Below the pieces are notes generated by a model, which did not search any database, was not told the origin of the DNA, and saw nothing but the letters and a program-made list of their open reading frames with translations. Positions 49,219 to 60,374 of a DNA stretch of 64,000 nt are shown piece by piece. This DNA is from Psammoneis japonica (lineage: Eukaryota): NCBI GenBank assembly GCA_008632985.1, contig QPGO01000114.1, positions 186,001 to 250,000 of the forward strand, in the 5' to 3' direction. A program made the translations under genes and the position numbers. Each line of letters begins with the position of its first letter. The first letter of the stretch is position 1.

Positions 49219-52200
49219 ATGGTTCTCACTCGTCAGCAACAAACCGATGGTTTCGAGCATGTGGTTGGAACCGTGCTTGCCCAAGGTGCTGGGAGTCCTC
49301 TTCGTTTGGCTTTGGCCCAAGACGGCACGGACTCGTGTCAGGAACTGTCCACGTTCATGCCGTCCCAAATCGACTCGCTTGAGCACGACAGCGGCACTGA
49401 TGCAATCCCTTTGCCCCGTGGTTATGAGAACATGTCAGCAGCACCAGTCAGTCTGTACATTGTCAAAGCACACAAAGGTCTTGACGTTGCCAACGACTCC
49501 TCTTTGTTCGCGCATGACGAGTTCCTTGCCTGCCGCCTCAGCCCCGACTGCATGTCTTCTGTGTCCATCGGCAGCTCACCCCTTGCACCTCCACATGTCA
49601 CCAACCCAACCAAGGCACGCGACCCGGTGCGGGACTTCAAGCGAGGCATCAAGCGTGATCCCACCGCTTTCACGGCTCTCAAATCCGACAAGCAGTGGCA
49701 CACTTGGCACACCTCACTTGTGGCACAAGCCCGTGCCCAAGACGTCGAGTGCACTCTAAACTCGTCGTACAAACCGACCAGCCCCGAAGACAAACTGCTC
49801 TTTGCTGAACAGCAAAAGTGCATGTTCGCCGTCTTTTGAACGCATCCTCCTCACCAACAAGGGCAAAGCTCTCATTCGCGAAAATGTGGGGTCTTCTGAC
49901 GCACAGACCGTCTGCCGCTCCTTGTCTGAGTGCATGCTTGCCTCCACCCGCGCATCTGTCGAGTCCTCCACCCTGCTCACGCACCTGACCACCGCGCGTC
50001 TTGGTGATGGCACTTGGAAAGGTCCGACCCACGGGTTCATCCTTCATTGGCAAGATCAGTTGCGCAAGTGCGAGGCACTCATCCCGGCCAGTGACCACTT
50101 CTCTGAAGGACAGAAGCGCGTCATGCTCGAGAATGCCGCGCACCCTGTCGAGGAACTCCGTGCTGTCAAGAACCAAGCTGATCAGCATCGTGCGCAGAGT
50201 GGCAAGAGCCTCACATGCGATCAACACTGTGGCTTGCTCCTCTCCGCGGCAGCTCAGTGCGACAGCACGTTTCAACCCAAGACGACACCTCGAGCTCCCC
50301 GACGCGCCATGTGCGCACATGACGTCCACTCCGAGGAACCGTCCGACGATGTGTTCTGCGACATTGACAGCGACGTTGACGTCCTTCAGGCCAATGCTGC
50401 CTGCACCCGCGGTCCCAGCCTCACCGGTGTCCAATGGAGACATCTCCCTCCCGACCACCAACGGCTCTGGGATTCGTTGCCCGATTCCTCCAAGGCGATC
50501 ATCCTTGAGCATTCTCGTCCACCTCCCCGCAACCCGCGAGCCAGCAACTGCCATGAGTCTGTTACGGCCAACCTTCACGACCAACGCCTTGGGAGTGACG
50601 GTGATGTCAACTTGTCCAACACGACTCCTGCTGACTCTGGTGACTCCGCTCCACATGCGGACGCCACTTCGGACAATCCCATCCTGGCGCACCTCACCAA
50701 GCGCAAGCCACTGCCACCCGGTGATCTGCAACGTCTGTTGTCTCCCAACCAAGCCCACAATGCCAGTCGACCGGGGCCATCCGCCGCTTCCTCTGCCCCG
50801 CCAGCTTCTGCAGATGACATGGAACTTGACGGCCGCACTTGCCGCCGCGTCAACAATCACAATGTCATTTGCTCTGCCTCTGCTCATCGCTCCACACGCA
50901 CTGGTGCTCTAGTCGATCGTGGGGCCAACGGCGGCATTGCTGGCGACGACGTTCGCGTCATTGCACGCACCTCTCGCCAAGTCGACGTTCAGGGCATTGA
51001 CGATCATCAATTGGTGGACATCCCCATTGTCACCGCTGGCGCCGTTGTTGAGACCCAGCGTGGTCCCGTCATCGCCATCCTCCATCAGTGCGCATGCACG
51101 GGCAAGGGCAAGACCATCCATTCCTGCGGCCAGCTCGAATGGTGCAAACAGGATGTCAACGATCGCTCTGTCAAGGTGCCCAACGGCTTGCAACGTGTTG
51201 CCACTCCTGATGGCCATGTCATCCCCATTGACATCAAGGCCGGCCTGCCTTGTGTTGCCATGCGACCTCACACTGACGCCGAATGGGACACCCTGCCCCA
51301 TGTCATCCTCACCGGTGATGACACATGGGACCCTTCCGTCCTCGATCACTCTGTCACTGACGACGACCAGTGGTGCGACGCGATCTCTGACCTGCAGGAC
51401 GATCCCACTGCCAACCCATTTGACGAATGCGGCAACTGCCGTCATCGTGTCATTGTCAACGAGACCATCATGTCCGCTTCCTTGTCTGCCGATCACGCGT
51501 CCGCCCTCGATGATCACCTCATTCCGAATGACGACGTGTTCTGCGAGTGTCATCTGCATGCGATTGGCCCCCAGGGCGACGACGTTCCACCTCCGGCGCG
51601 CACTGTGCAGCCCAAGGACCCCCCCTTCGAGTCTCTTCGGCCTTGCTTTGGCTTCTTACCTGCTGATGCGGTCCGTCGTACTTTTGACTGCACCACGCAG
51701 TGCGCCCGCATGCCCGCCGGTGCACACCTTCGCAAGGCCTGCAAATCACCCAACCCCGCCCTTGATGTGCACCGCCGCAACGAGCCTGTCGCCACTGACA
51801 CCGTTCATGCCGACACCCCGGCCGTCGACTCTGGTTGCACCAGCGCCCAACTGTTTGTTGGCACCGAGTCTACCGTCACTGACGTCTGCGGCACTAAGAC
51901 GGACAAAGAGTTTGTCAACACACTCGAGGATCAGATCCGTGAACGTGGTGCCCCATCCAAACTCATTGGCAACCGTGCTCAAGTTGAGATCAGCAACAAA
52001 GTGCTCGGGATCCTACGCGCCCTCTTCATCTCTAGCTGGCAAAGTGAGCCTCACCAGCAACACCAAAACTTTGCCGAACGTCGACACCAGACCGTGAAGC
52101 GCATGGCGAACACTGTCATGGATCGTTTTGGTTCGCCCGCCCACACATGGCTGCTGGCGCTCATGTGCGTGTGCTTCATGCTCAACCATGCAGCGTCCCC

Positions 52201-54889
52201 ACGTCTCCACTGGCGCACGCCCCTCGAGACTCTCACTGGCTCCACCCCGGACATCAGCCCGTTGCTTCGCTTTCATTGGTGGGAACCCGTGTGCTTCCAC
52301 CTCGATGACTCTGATTGGCCGTCTGAATCCCGTGAGTTGCGTGGACGCTTCGTTGGCATTGCTGAGCACGTCGGCCACCAGATGACCTTCAAGATTCTAT
52401 CTGACGAGACTCAGAAGATCCTCTGCCGGTCCAACGTCCGCTCCGCTGCCCCCGATCCTGCCGTTCGAAACCTGCGTCTTGATCCTCCTGATGGGGAGCC
52501 ACCTGAACCCATCATCAAATCTCGCCATGACGACAACCCCGTCGACTCTCCTGATGGGGAGATCAGGACACCCAAGATGCCAGTTTTCGATCCGCAAGAC
52601 ATCATTGGACGTGCCTTCCTCATGCAGCCACAAGAGGACGGACAACGCCACAGAGCTCGCATCGTCAAGGCCGTCGAAGACCACGAATGGAAAGTCAACG
52701 GCAATCCCGAGCTCACTGAGTTCGTCTGCTCTGTCAACAATGATGAATGCGAGGAAGTCCTTGCCTGCAATGACATCATGAATCACATTGAGCAAGAAGA
52801 CGAAGATGCCACTGTTTGGAAATTTCGACGCATCGTGTCGCACGAAGGACCTCTGAAGCCTCACGACCCAACCTGGAAAGGCTCCAGCTACAACATCATG
52901 CTTGAATGGGAAAGTGGGGAGATCACGTCCGAGCCTCTTGCCATCATCGCCAAGGACGACCCCGTCACCTGTGCCATCTATGCACGAGAGAACGGACTCC
53001 TCGACACGGATGGCTGGAAGCGGTTCTGCACCATCGCGAGGCGCCAAAAGAAGCTGTTTCGCATGGCCAACCAAGCCAAGCTTCGCTCCTTCCGCACTGC
53101 ACCTCGCTGCAAGCATGGATGCGAAGTTCCTCGGAACTACAAACACGCCATGTCACCAGACGAACGCAACGGCAATCGCAAGTGGGGAGACGCAACTAAT
53201 CTCGAGATGGACCAACTCGACGAATACGAAGTCTTCCATGACTGCGGGCCCTTCAAGTCTTCCACTCCTCCTGCGGGACACAAGAAGATCCGAGTGCACC
53301 TGGTGTGCGACGTGAAACACGACGGTCGCCACAAGGCACGACTCGCAGCCGACGGGCACCTCATGGACGTACCTGTCGACAGTGTCCACTCCGGAGCAGT
53401 CTCCCTCCGTGGCCTTCGGCTGATGATTTTCCTGGCCGAACTCAACGAGTTGGAGACATGGGCCACCGACATTGGCAATGCCTGCCTTGAAGCCACCACC
53501 AAGGAGAAGCTTTACATTGTGGCTGGACCCGAGTTCGGCAAACTCGAAGGACACATCCTTGTCATCCACAAGGCATTGCATGGACTGCGCAGCTCCGGTC
53601 TCCGCTGGCACGAGCGCTTCGCCGACTGCCTGCGAGCTGAAGGCTTCTTCCCCTGCCGCGCCGAACCCGACATTTGGATGCGCAGGAACGGCGACCACTG
53701 TGAATGCATTGCCGTTTATGTGGATGACCTCGCCATTGCCATGAAGGACCCTCAATCTTTCGTCGACACTCTCACGGAAAAGTGCAAGTTCAAGCTCAAG
53801 GGTGCGGGACCCATTGAGTTCCATCTGGGTTGCGACTTTTCCCGGGACCCCGACGGAACCTTGTGCCTGTCTCCGCGCAAGTACATCGAGCGCATGGTCG
53901 ACAGCTGCGCCCGACTGTTTGGGGAGAAACCCACCACCAACGCCCTGTCACCTCTAGAGAAGGGTGACCACCCCGAACTGGACACTTCCGAACTGCTGGG
54001 ACCCGATGGCATTCACAAGTTTCAGTCTCTTGTTGGTTCACTCCAATGGGCAGTGTCCCTTGGTCGAATTGACATCACCACGGCCGTCATGTCGCTCTCC
54101 AGCTTCCGAGCTGCGCCCCGTCAAGGCCACTTGGACCGTGCCAAATGCGTCTGTGGGCACCTCTCCAAGATGCGACACGGTGCTCTCCGCGTTCGCACGG
54201 AAGAGCCCGACTGTTCGGATCTCCCTGCTCCGGCCTGTGAATGGATGCATTCCGTGTGTGGTGAAGCAGAAGAGATGATCCCGAAGGACGCTCCACCGCC
54301 CCTTGGCAAGTTCGTCACTGCCACCCACTGCGTCGATGCAAACTTGCACCATTGCATGCTCACCGGACGCTCTGTCATGGGAATGCTCCACTTCCTCAAC
54401 AAATTCCCAGCTGATTGGTTCTCTGAGAAACAAGCCACCGTGGAGACTGCGACCTGCGGGTCTGAATTTGTTGCCGCAAGGACTTGTGTTGAGCAGATTG
54501 TCGACCTGCGCATCACCCTGCGCCACCTTGGCATCCCGATCCGTAACGTCAGTCACATGTTCGGTGACAACAAGTCGGTTGTAGACAGTGCCACCATCCC
54601 GCACTCCAAGTTACACAAGCGACACACCGCACTGTCGTTCCACCGTGTGCGTGAGGCAATTGCCTCTGGTTGCCTTGAGTTCCACTTCATCGAAGGCTCC
54701 CGCAACCCTGCTGACATTCTCAGCAAGCATTGGGGTCACTCCCAAATCTGGGACCTTCTCCGCCCCCTCATGTTCTGGAACTTCATTCCATCCGAAGTCG
54801 AATCTGTTTCTGTGGCTCCTCAAGCAAACTGGGGAGTGACAGGATTTGAACAGGATTTAGGTGCGCGTGAAGCATCGTGCGCTGTTTAG
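49219..54889 (+). pseudogene. copia gag-pol with a 1-nt insertion near 49836 and pervasive Tyr>Cys/His changes
   Basis: Protease LVDRGANGG, integrase QNFAERR, RT AVYVDD, RNase H CGSEF..GDNKS..NPADILSK. gtcttttgaa here vs gtcttcgaa in copy 1. Confidence 0.9.
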
Positions 54890-55113
54890 TTTGCCGTGCA
54901 CAGTTTTGTGTGCTTTAGTTCCGCGCGTTCGCGCGCGATGCAGTTTGCTTTCGAGCCACAAGGCTCACAAGAACAATGACAGCAGCCCGATTGTGCCGAC
55001 TTGCACGTCTCTCGGCTCCTGCAACGGTCTCTGAGCGGAGACTCATCTGCTGTTTAAGACAGCAGCAAGGAGTTGTTGTTTGAATTCTTGCCATTTGCCT
55101 TCAATTTCTGTCA
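54837..55113 (+). repeat. 3' LTR of copia copy 2 (TpA-mutated)
   Basis: Follows the PPT and is followed by the TSD. Confidence 0.95.
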
Positions 55114-56529
55114 TTTCCACCCGTGGAGATTTGCTCAAGTCCAGTGGTTGAAGGGTTGTTTGCACAAGCAGTGAGAGCTGAGAGCCTGAGTCTTGCAGCA
55201 AAGCCACACAAAGGGATTTTGTGTTTGCCAAGCTTGCTTGGGTTTTCTCCTGCCTCTCTTTTCACTCGCGCACTTGCCAAAGAGAAACAGCACAGCATTC
55301 TGCTCATTGGCAGTTTTGGCAGGAAAGGTTTGGCAGCAAAAACAGAACGTTGGCTGTTGCTGTGCAAGTTGTGAAAATGTGGAGTCTGGGAAGCAGCACA
55401 GCAGCTGCAGGAAGAAGCTTTTGTTGCTCATTTTTGTGTTTTCTCTCACGTCTCTTGCCATTGACACACTTGTCACAGCAAAACATGGGTGTCATGCACC
55501 GCCATTTTTGGCAGGATGAGACTGGTTTGCGAAGTGCAAAATTGCATGTGGAGTGACACTGACATCAGGAACTGGTAAACTCTAGAGAGCAGAGGTCACG
55601 ATTCACATTGAGAACCATTGTGGAGAAACTGTGCTCCAAGATCTAAGAAGAAGCAAAAACAATGACAGGAGCTGCATGACCGTTTCGATTCTTTTCCTGT
55701 CCATTTTACGAATTTTTGTTTTGGTTTTGACATTTCCAATAAACGACCAGAAAAGACGAAAAAATGCGCCAAAACGATGGCCCACATGGACCGGACACAA
55801 CGCAGACACACAACACAGCCGCACGTATACCATGCCGTTACACCCAAAATTCTACCCAAGTAGGTTAGTATTTTTCTACTGGAAAGTGGAATTCTCGTAT
55901 GTAAAAATGTCAATACGGTGTTGGTATCTTCTAAAAAGATCTACCGTACATCCACTGTTTATTCCACTCAGGTAGAAGGCACAGTAGAATTTTCGGAGCC
56001 AAAAATTCTACCCTGCGCGCCCCTTTCGCGCGATCTAAACAGTCTGTCCTTGGTGCGTGATGTCGAGTGCGACGGGAGGAACAAAAAAAATACTCGAAAG
56101 TTCTACTCGTCTCAATGCGGCATCTCAACCATGAGCGTTGCCGTATGCAACCCCGGCAACTGCACCAATCCCAACTGCATCTATGGTGGCATGGCAAGCA
56201 GCACTCACAGGCGTCCTGAGTGCAGTAGAAACCTTCACACTCCCTGTGGGAAAGCAGACGAACGACTTGCACTACTTTCAACTTTGACAAGCTCTAAAGC
56301 ACCTATTTGAGATTACTGTTGTGAATTTTATATTTAAATATTACTAAACAATTGCATTAGCCTAAGGAACAATCAGCACCTCATTGCACTTCCACCAGCT
56401 TGAGAAGAAAACAAGCTGCTCCCTAGCGCGGAAGGCACGACCAAGGGTTGCTGCCGTTGATCTTTAAATAGATTGTTCCGCATCCTTGGCTTGAGATACA
56501 TTTTTTTATAACTATTTGGTCCGTATTCA

Positions 56530-57270
56530 CCTTGGCACCTATGCTGCAATGGGTGCCGAGTGGGCCTGTCAGCGACGGCGAGACAGGAGAAACTGTGAGG
56601 AAAAAACTGCGCCACACTTGACAATCATCAAACGCACAAAACATGAGATGTGTACAACAAACAAACATTTCCATCACACATTCGACATTATTATTAGCAA
56701 ATTTTGTTGTTCTTACCTTTGCAGTCCGAAGCCGAGCTTGATTATGAATGCTACTGTGTCAGACGCGGCAGTCCTGTCAGTGTCCTCTCTGGGAGCAAAA
56801 GTCGCGAAACACCCAAGAGGTGAGGAGCAGCAACAAATCCACTGCAAGCATCATTTTTTTTCATAGTCATATTGATCCGTAGCGGTGTTCATGCCGTCGC
56901 TGCAATGGGTGCCGGGTAGACCTATGAGCGACCACAAAACAATAGAAAAAGTGAGAGAAAAGCTGTGCCTCAGAAAAAAGCATCAAACGCCCAAAATACG
57001 GGCTTTGTAATGAGTGCAAACACAACCATACGATTTTTAAAGCTAAGTTTAGCAAGCATTGGCATTCTCACCTTTGTCCTCAAATCACCGAGTAGAAATA
57101 TCAACGCTACTGTTACCGACGCGGTGGCGCCGCGTGTTTCCTCTCTTGCAGCAAAAGTCATCAAACACCCAAAAGGCAAGGGTAAGCAAAAAATCCAAAG
57201 CAAGCATCATTTTTTTCATAGTCTCATTAGTCAATGTTGGCATTCATACCTTTGCTGTAATGGGCACCGA
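56530..57270 (+). repeat. Dispersed and tandem repeat (two units), TpA-intact homologue of 45250-45660
   Basis: ccttggcacc...ggcgagacaggagaaactgtgaggaaaaaactg and gcaaaagtc..aaacacccaa..gcaagcatcatttttt are shared. Confidence 0.75.
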
Positions 57271-57567
57271 GTAGAACTACGGGCGTTCAAAGGCCATGGT
57301 CAAGGTGACGGCGCGGTGTTTTTTGAGCGTCGCTCGCTTCGTCTTGGAGTTTTTTTTCGGGTTCAACTCCTCGCGTGGGGTTTGCGTAGGTTGATTACTA
57401 GCACGTAGCTTCTCTACTGATGGCTACGGGTTGGTCTTCTTCCCCGTAGGATGAGTACTACTCTCTACAGGGTAGAACTGAGGGTAGATTTTTTTGGATG
57501 TATTGGCCCGGTACGGTACGCAGCACAATAGGCGCCGCACGCCGCACACAACAAACACGCAGCCACA

Positions 57568-58649
57568 ATGGGAAAGAAAAGCCGTCGCAACCGAGTCAAA
57601 GGCAAGATCAAGTCGGTGGCAAATGTGCCTTTAGCTCGAGAAGAAGTAGTAGACGAGCAGATCGTTGGCCGCATGCAGGCTGTGGTCGCGAAACTGCGAA
57701 GCGACGAGAGCAATGTGAACGCTTCGGCCATCATGGAGGAGCTCCTTGGTGAATTCAAAAAGGACAGGACTCGTGCAGCTTCGGCATTTGTCGAGGCTGG
57801 AGGCATTGAAGTATTCTTGTCTTTATGCGAAAAAATCAGAACGACCCATCTGGCATGTGTTTCTGCTGTTCTACTCCTTATTTGGTTGCCGATAGCTTGC
57901 CGAGTAATGCCTGCGCCGCCACGATTGCTCAGAGCGGCGGAATTCCAACTGTTGTTCAAGCTATCCGCCATGTAATCAAAGCTGATATTCCAGAGTGTTG
58001 GGGAACCACCTTCCTGCAATCTGTGAGTCTCAGTGTGGGACTTTTGGGCGAGTTGGTGGATGTCAATGTTACGGACGTACAACGCGCTGGAGGCGCACCT
58101 GCGATAGTCGAAGTCCTGCAGCGTCCTTTAACAGATGAAGAAACGAAAAGGCACTTGTATTACAATGCCATCTCTTCGCTAATCTCGATCATTTTTGCCA
58201 CGAGTGTTGTTAACCCTCCGCTTGTGTTTGCGGAGATAGTCAATTGTGGTGGAATCCCCTCCCTACTTTCTTGCATGAAGCAGTGTCCCGACGATGTGGA
58301 CATTCAAGTATCCGGATGCGCCATCACGGCGATGCTTGCCAGTCCAGAAGCTGGTGGTTATCCATCTGCAGTCCTTGCTGCAGGAGGTGACTGTGTCATG
58401 GAGCAAGCTCTATTGTCTCACCCAGGAAAGCGCGGTATTCAGACTATTGCAACCAAGGCGATCCGCTTCATGAACACGGTTGTTCCTAAATGCAAGTGTT
58501 GCGGAAAGGAATCAGCGGATATGATGGTGTGCAATCGTTGTGACATTGTTTGGTATTGCAATGGCGATTGCAACACAAATGATTGGCCGAATCACAAGGA
58601 GGCGTGCAACAAGGCTCGTTGGAAACCCCGCAACAACGCCCGTTCTTGA
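57568..58649 (+). CDS. Armadillo-like repeat protein with C-terminal MYND zinc finger; frameshift near the A-run at ~57830
   Basis: Repeated AGGI/GGIP helical motifs and CKCCGK....VCNRCDIVWYCNGDCNTNDWPNHKEAC. Confidence 0.75.
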
Positions 58650-59249
58650 GATACCTCGTGCGTTGCTCTTTGCAAAATTCATTTGTCAAGCTCTCTTTCT
58701 CGGATGCGTCCAACATTGTCATGAATTGCTTTGCTTGCTTGGAGCAAGGAAACGTCATTGCGGCGTGCATGCGCTTTGGATATATCTGTTTCCAAAAAGC
58801 CGCCACGCCTTTTCCAAAATGTGAAAAACCGAATCGCTGGCTTGTAGCCAACGAGACGTCCAGTAGTGTAATTTGCGCATACGGTACCGTGTAGGGCTTT
58901 GAAACATGAACTGTTGTGATCCATGCTGTATAGAGACGTAGCTCTTGAGTTTTTGTATCTCTTTGTGACGTGTCTAGTTTTCGTGCAGCATCCTTTTCCA
59001 AGAGCTTCCGAGCTCTCATCGTTATCACGGCAGGCAAAAATCGAAAGCAACGGAAGAGAGAATATATGATGCCAAGAAGACACATTTCGAGACTTTCACC
59101 AAGCTTTGCGCCATATCCAGTATGCTATTTTATGAGACTTACTCTGTGTTCATGCAATGAACACACGACGGGATAGAAGTAGAAACTAGCAGGATTCGAA
59201 ATATTACAAGTGCTGCCGATCCACAGAACGTAACAAAATAGCGACACGT

Positions 59250-60342
59250 GACTTTCTGTTCTTGTGCCGTTCAGACGTTTCTCGCCATGTGGCACCGGCT
59301 CTAACACAGCAAATGAATCAGCAGCACACAACACATCTGAAAAGCAGCACCCCGACGATGTGGAAATTCAAGCACATGCTGAGTGTGCCATCCATCTACA
59401 GACCTTGCTGTCAGTGTGCGGATGGGAGTGGGGGCGGGGGCTTTGTCATGGAGGAAACCACAGGCAGCCAACAAAGCACTCCTCTCCATGAACATGGTTG
59501 TTCCCAAATGCCTTTGTCACATGAAGGAGTCAGAGGATTTTATGGTGTGCAATTGTTGGGATGCTTTTCAGTGCTCGTTCTTGATGAGATGCTCATGATG
59601 TGTTGCTCTTTCTGAAAGATTTTTTCAAGCTCTCTTTCTGTGACATGTCCCACCTTTTTGTAAGTTGCTTTGCCTGCTTGTGGAGCAAGGAGAAATGTCA
59701 TTGCCGTGTGCTGCTTTGGATGTCTGTCTTGTCTTTTTCCATTGACTTCAGATGTCTGGCAGAACAGTTTGTGCATCATGCTTTGCATGGCTTTGAAACA
59801 TGAACAGTTGTGGCTGATGTGCAAAACCCAAGCAGCAGCAGCTCTTTGGTGTTTGCAGCACTTTTGCAAAGTGCTGCCCAATTTAGCACCCAACTCCAAG
59901 AGCGTCTGAGCTCTCAGTGCATCACTGCAAAAAATGGAAAACTCCTGTGGAAGAGGAGAACATGGCACCAAGTTCACAACATGTCTTGCACATGCTGCCA
60001 CCTTTTGAGATTTGCTTGAGGGGGTGCTCATGCAATGAAAACCAGACAGCAGGAACAGCAGCGGGAATCTGGCAGGAATTGAAATCTCATGTGAGCAGCA
60101 CAAAGACCTCTGCAGTGTCAAGGAAACAGCGACAAAGCAATGAGTTGCATGTTTCTCACCACCAACTGGCAAAAAAGCATCTGTGCCATTGTGCCATTCT
60201 GGCGACATTTCTTGCAATGCAGCACTGGCACCAAGACAGCAAATGAGTGAGCCTTGTTGTCAGCAGCAGAACAGATGCTTCAATGACCAGCACTCTGGAG
60301 AAAACATGTGGAGCCCAAAACAACATGTCACAGCTGCAGCCT

Positions 60343-60374
<32 letters not shown>

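Larger units (their letters stand above)
48005..55113 (+). mobile_element. Complete Ty1/copia LTR retrotransposon (CoDi-like), copy 2
   Basis: LTRs at 48005-48280 and 54837-55113; 5-bp TSD TTTCC at 48000-48004 and 55114-55118; PPT GGGGAG at 54831-54836; gag-PR-IN-RT-RH order. Confidence 0.97.

Noticed and set aside
49830..49840. Programmed gag-pol frameshift
   Set aside because: Copy 1 has one base fewer here and stays in frame, so this is a copy-specific indel or homopolymer error.
49802..54889. Alternative genetic code or Tyr reassignment
   Set aside because: Neighbouring genes use TAC/TAT normally, and non-coding LTRs show the same TA loss.
48005..55113. ADAR-type RNA editing or RT error as the source of the A>G changes
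   Set aside because: Changes occur on both strands, differ between the LTRs of one insertion, and also affect non-retroelement duplications.
55840..57500. Possible DNA-transposon termini (tctaccc / gggtaga motifs) around a short Cys/His ORF at 56131-56310
   Set aside because: Could not pair convincing inverted repeats or a TSD, and no transposase motif is visible.
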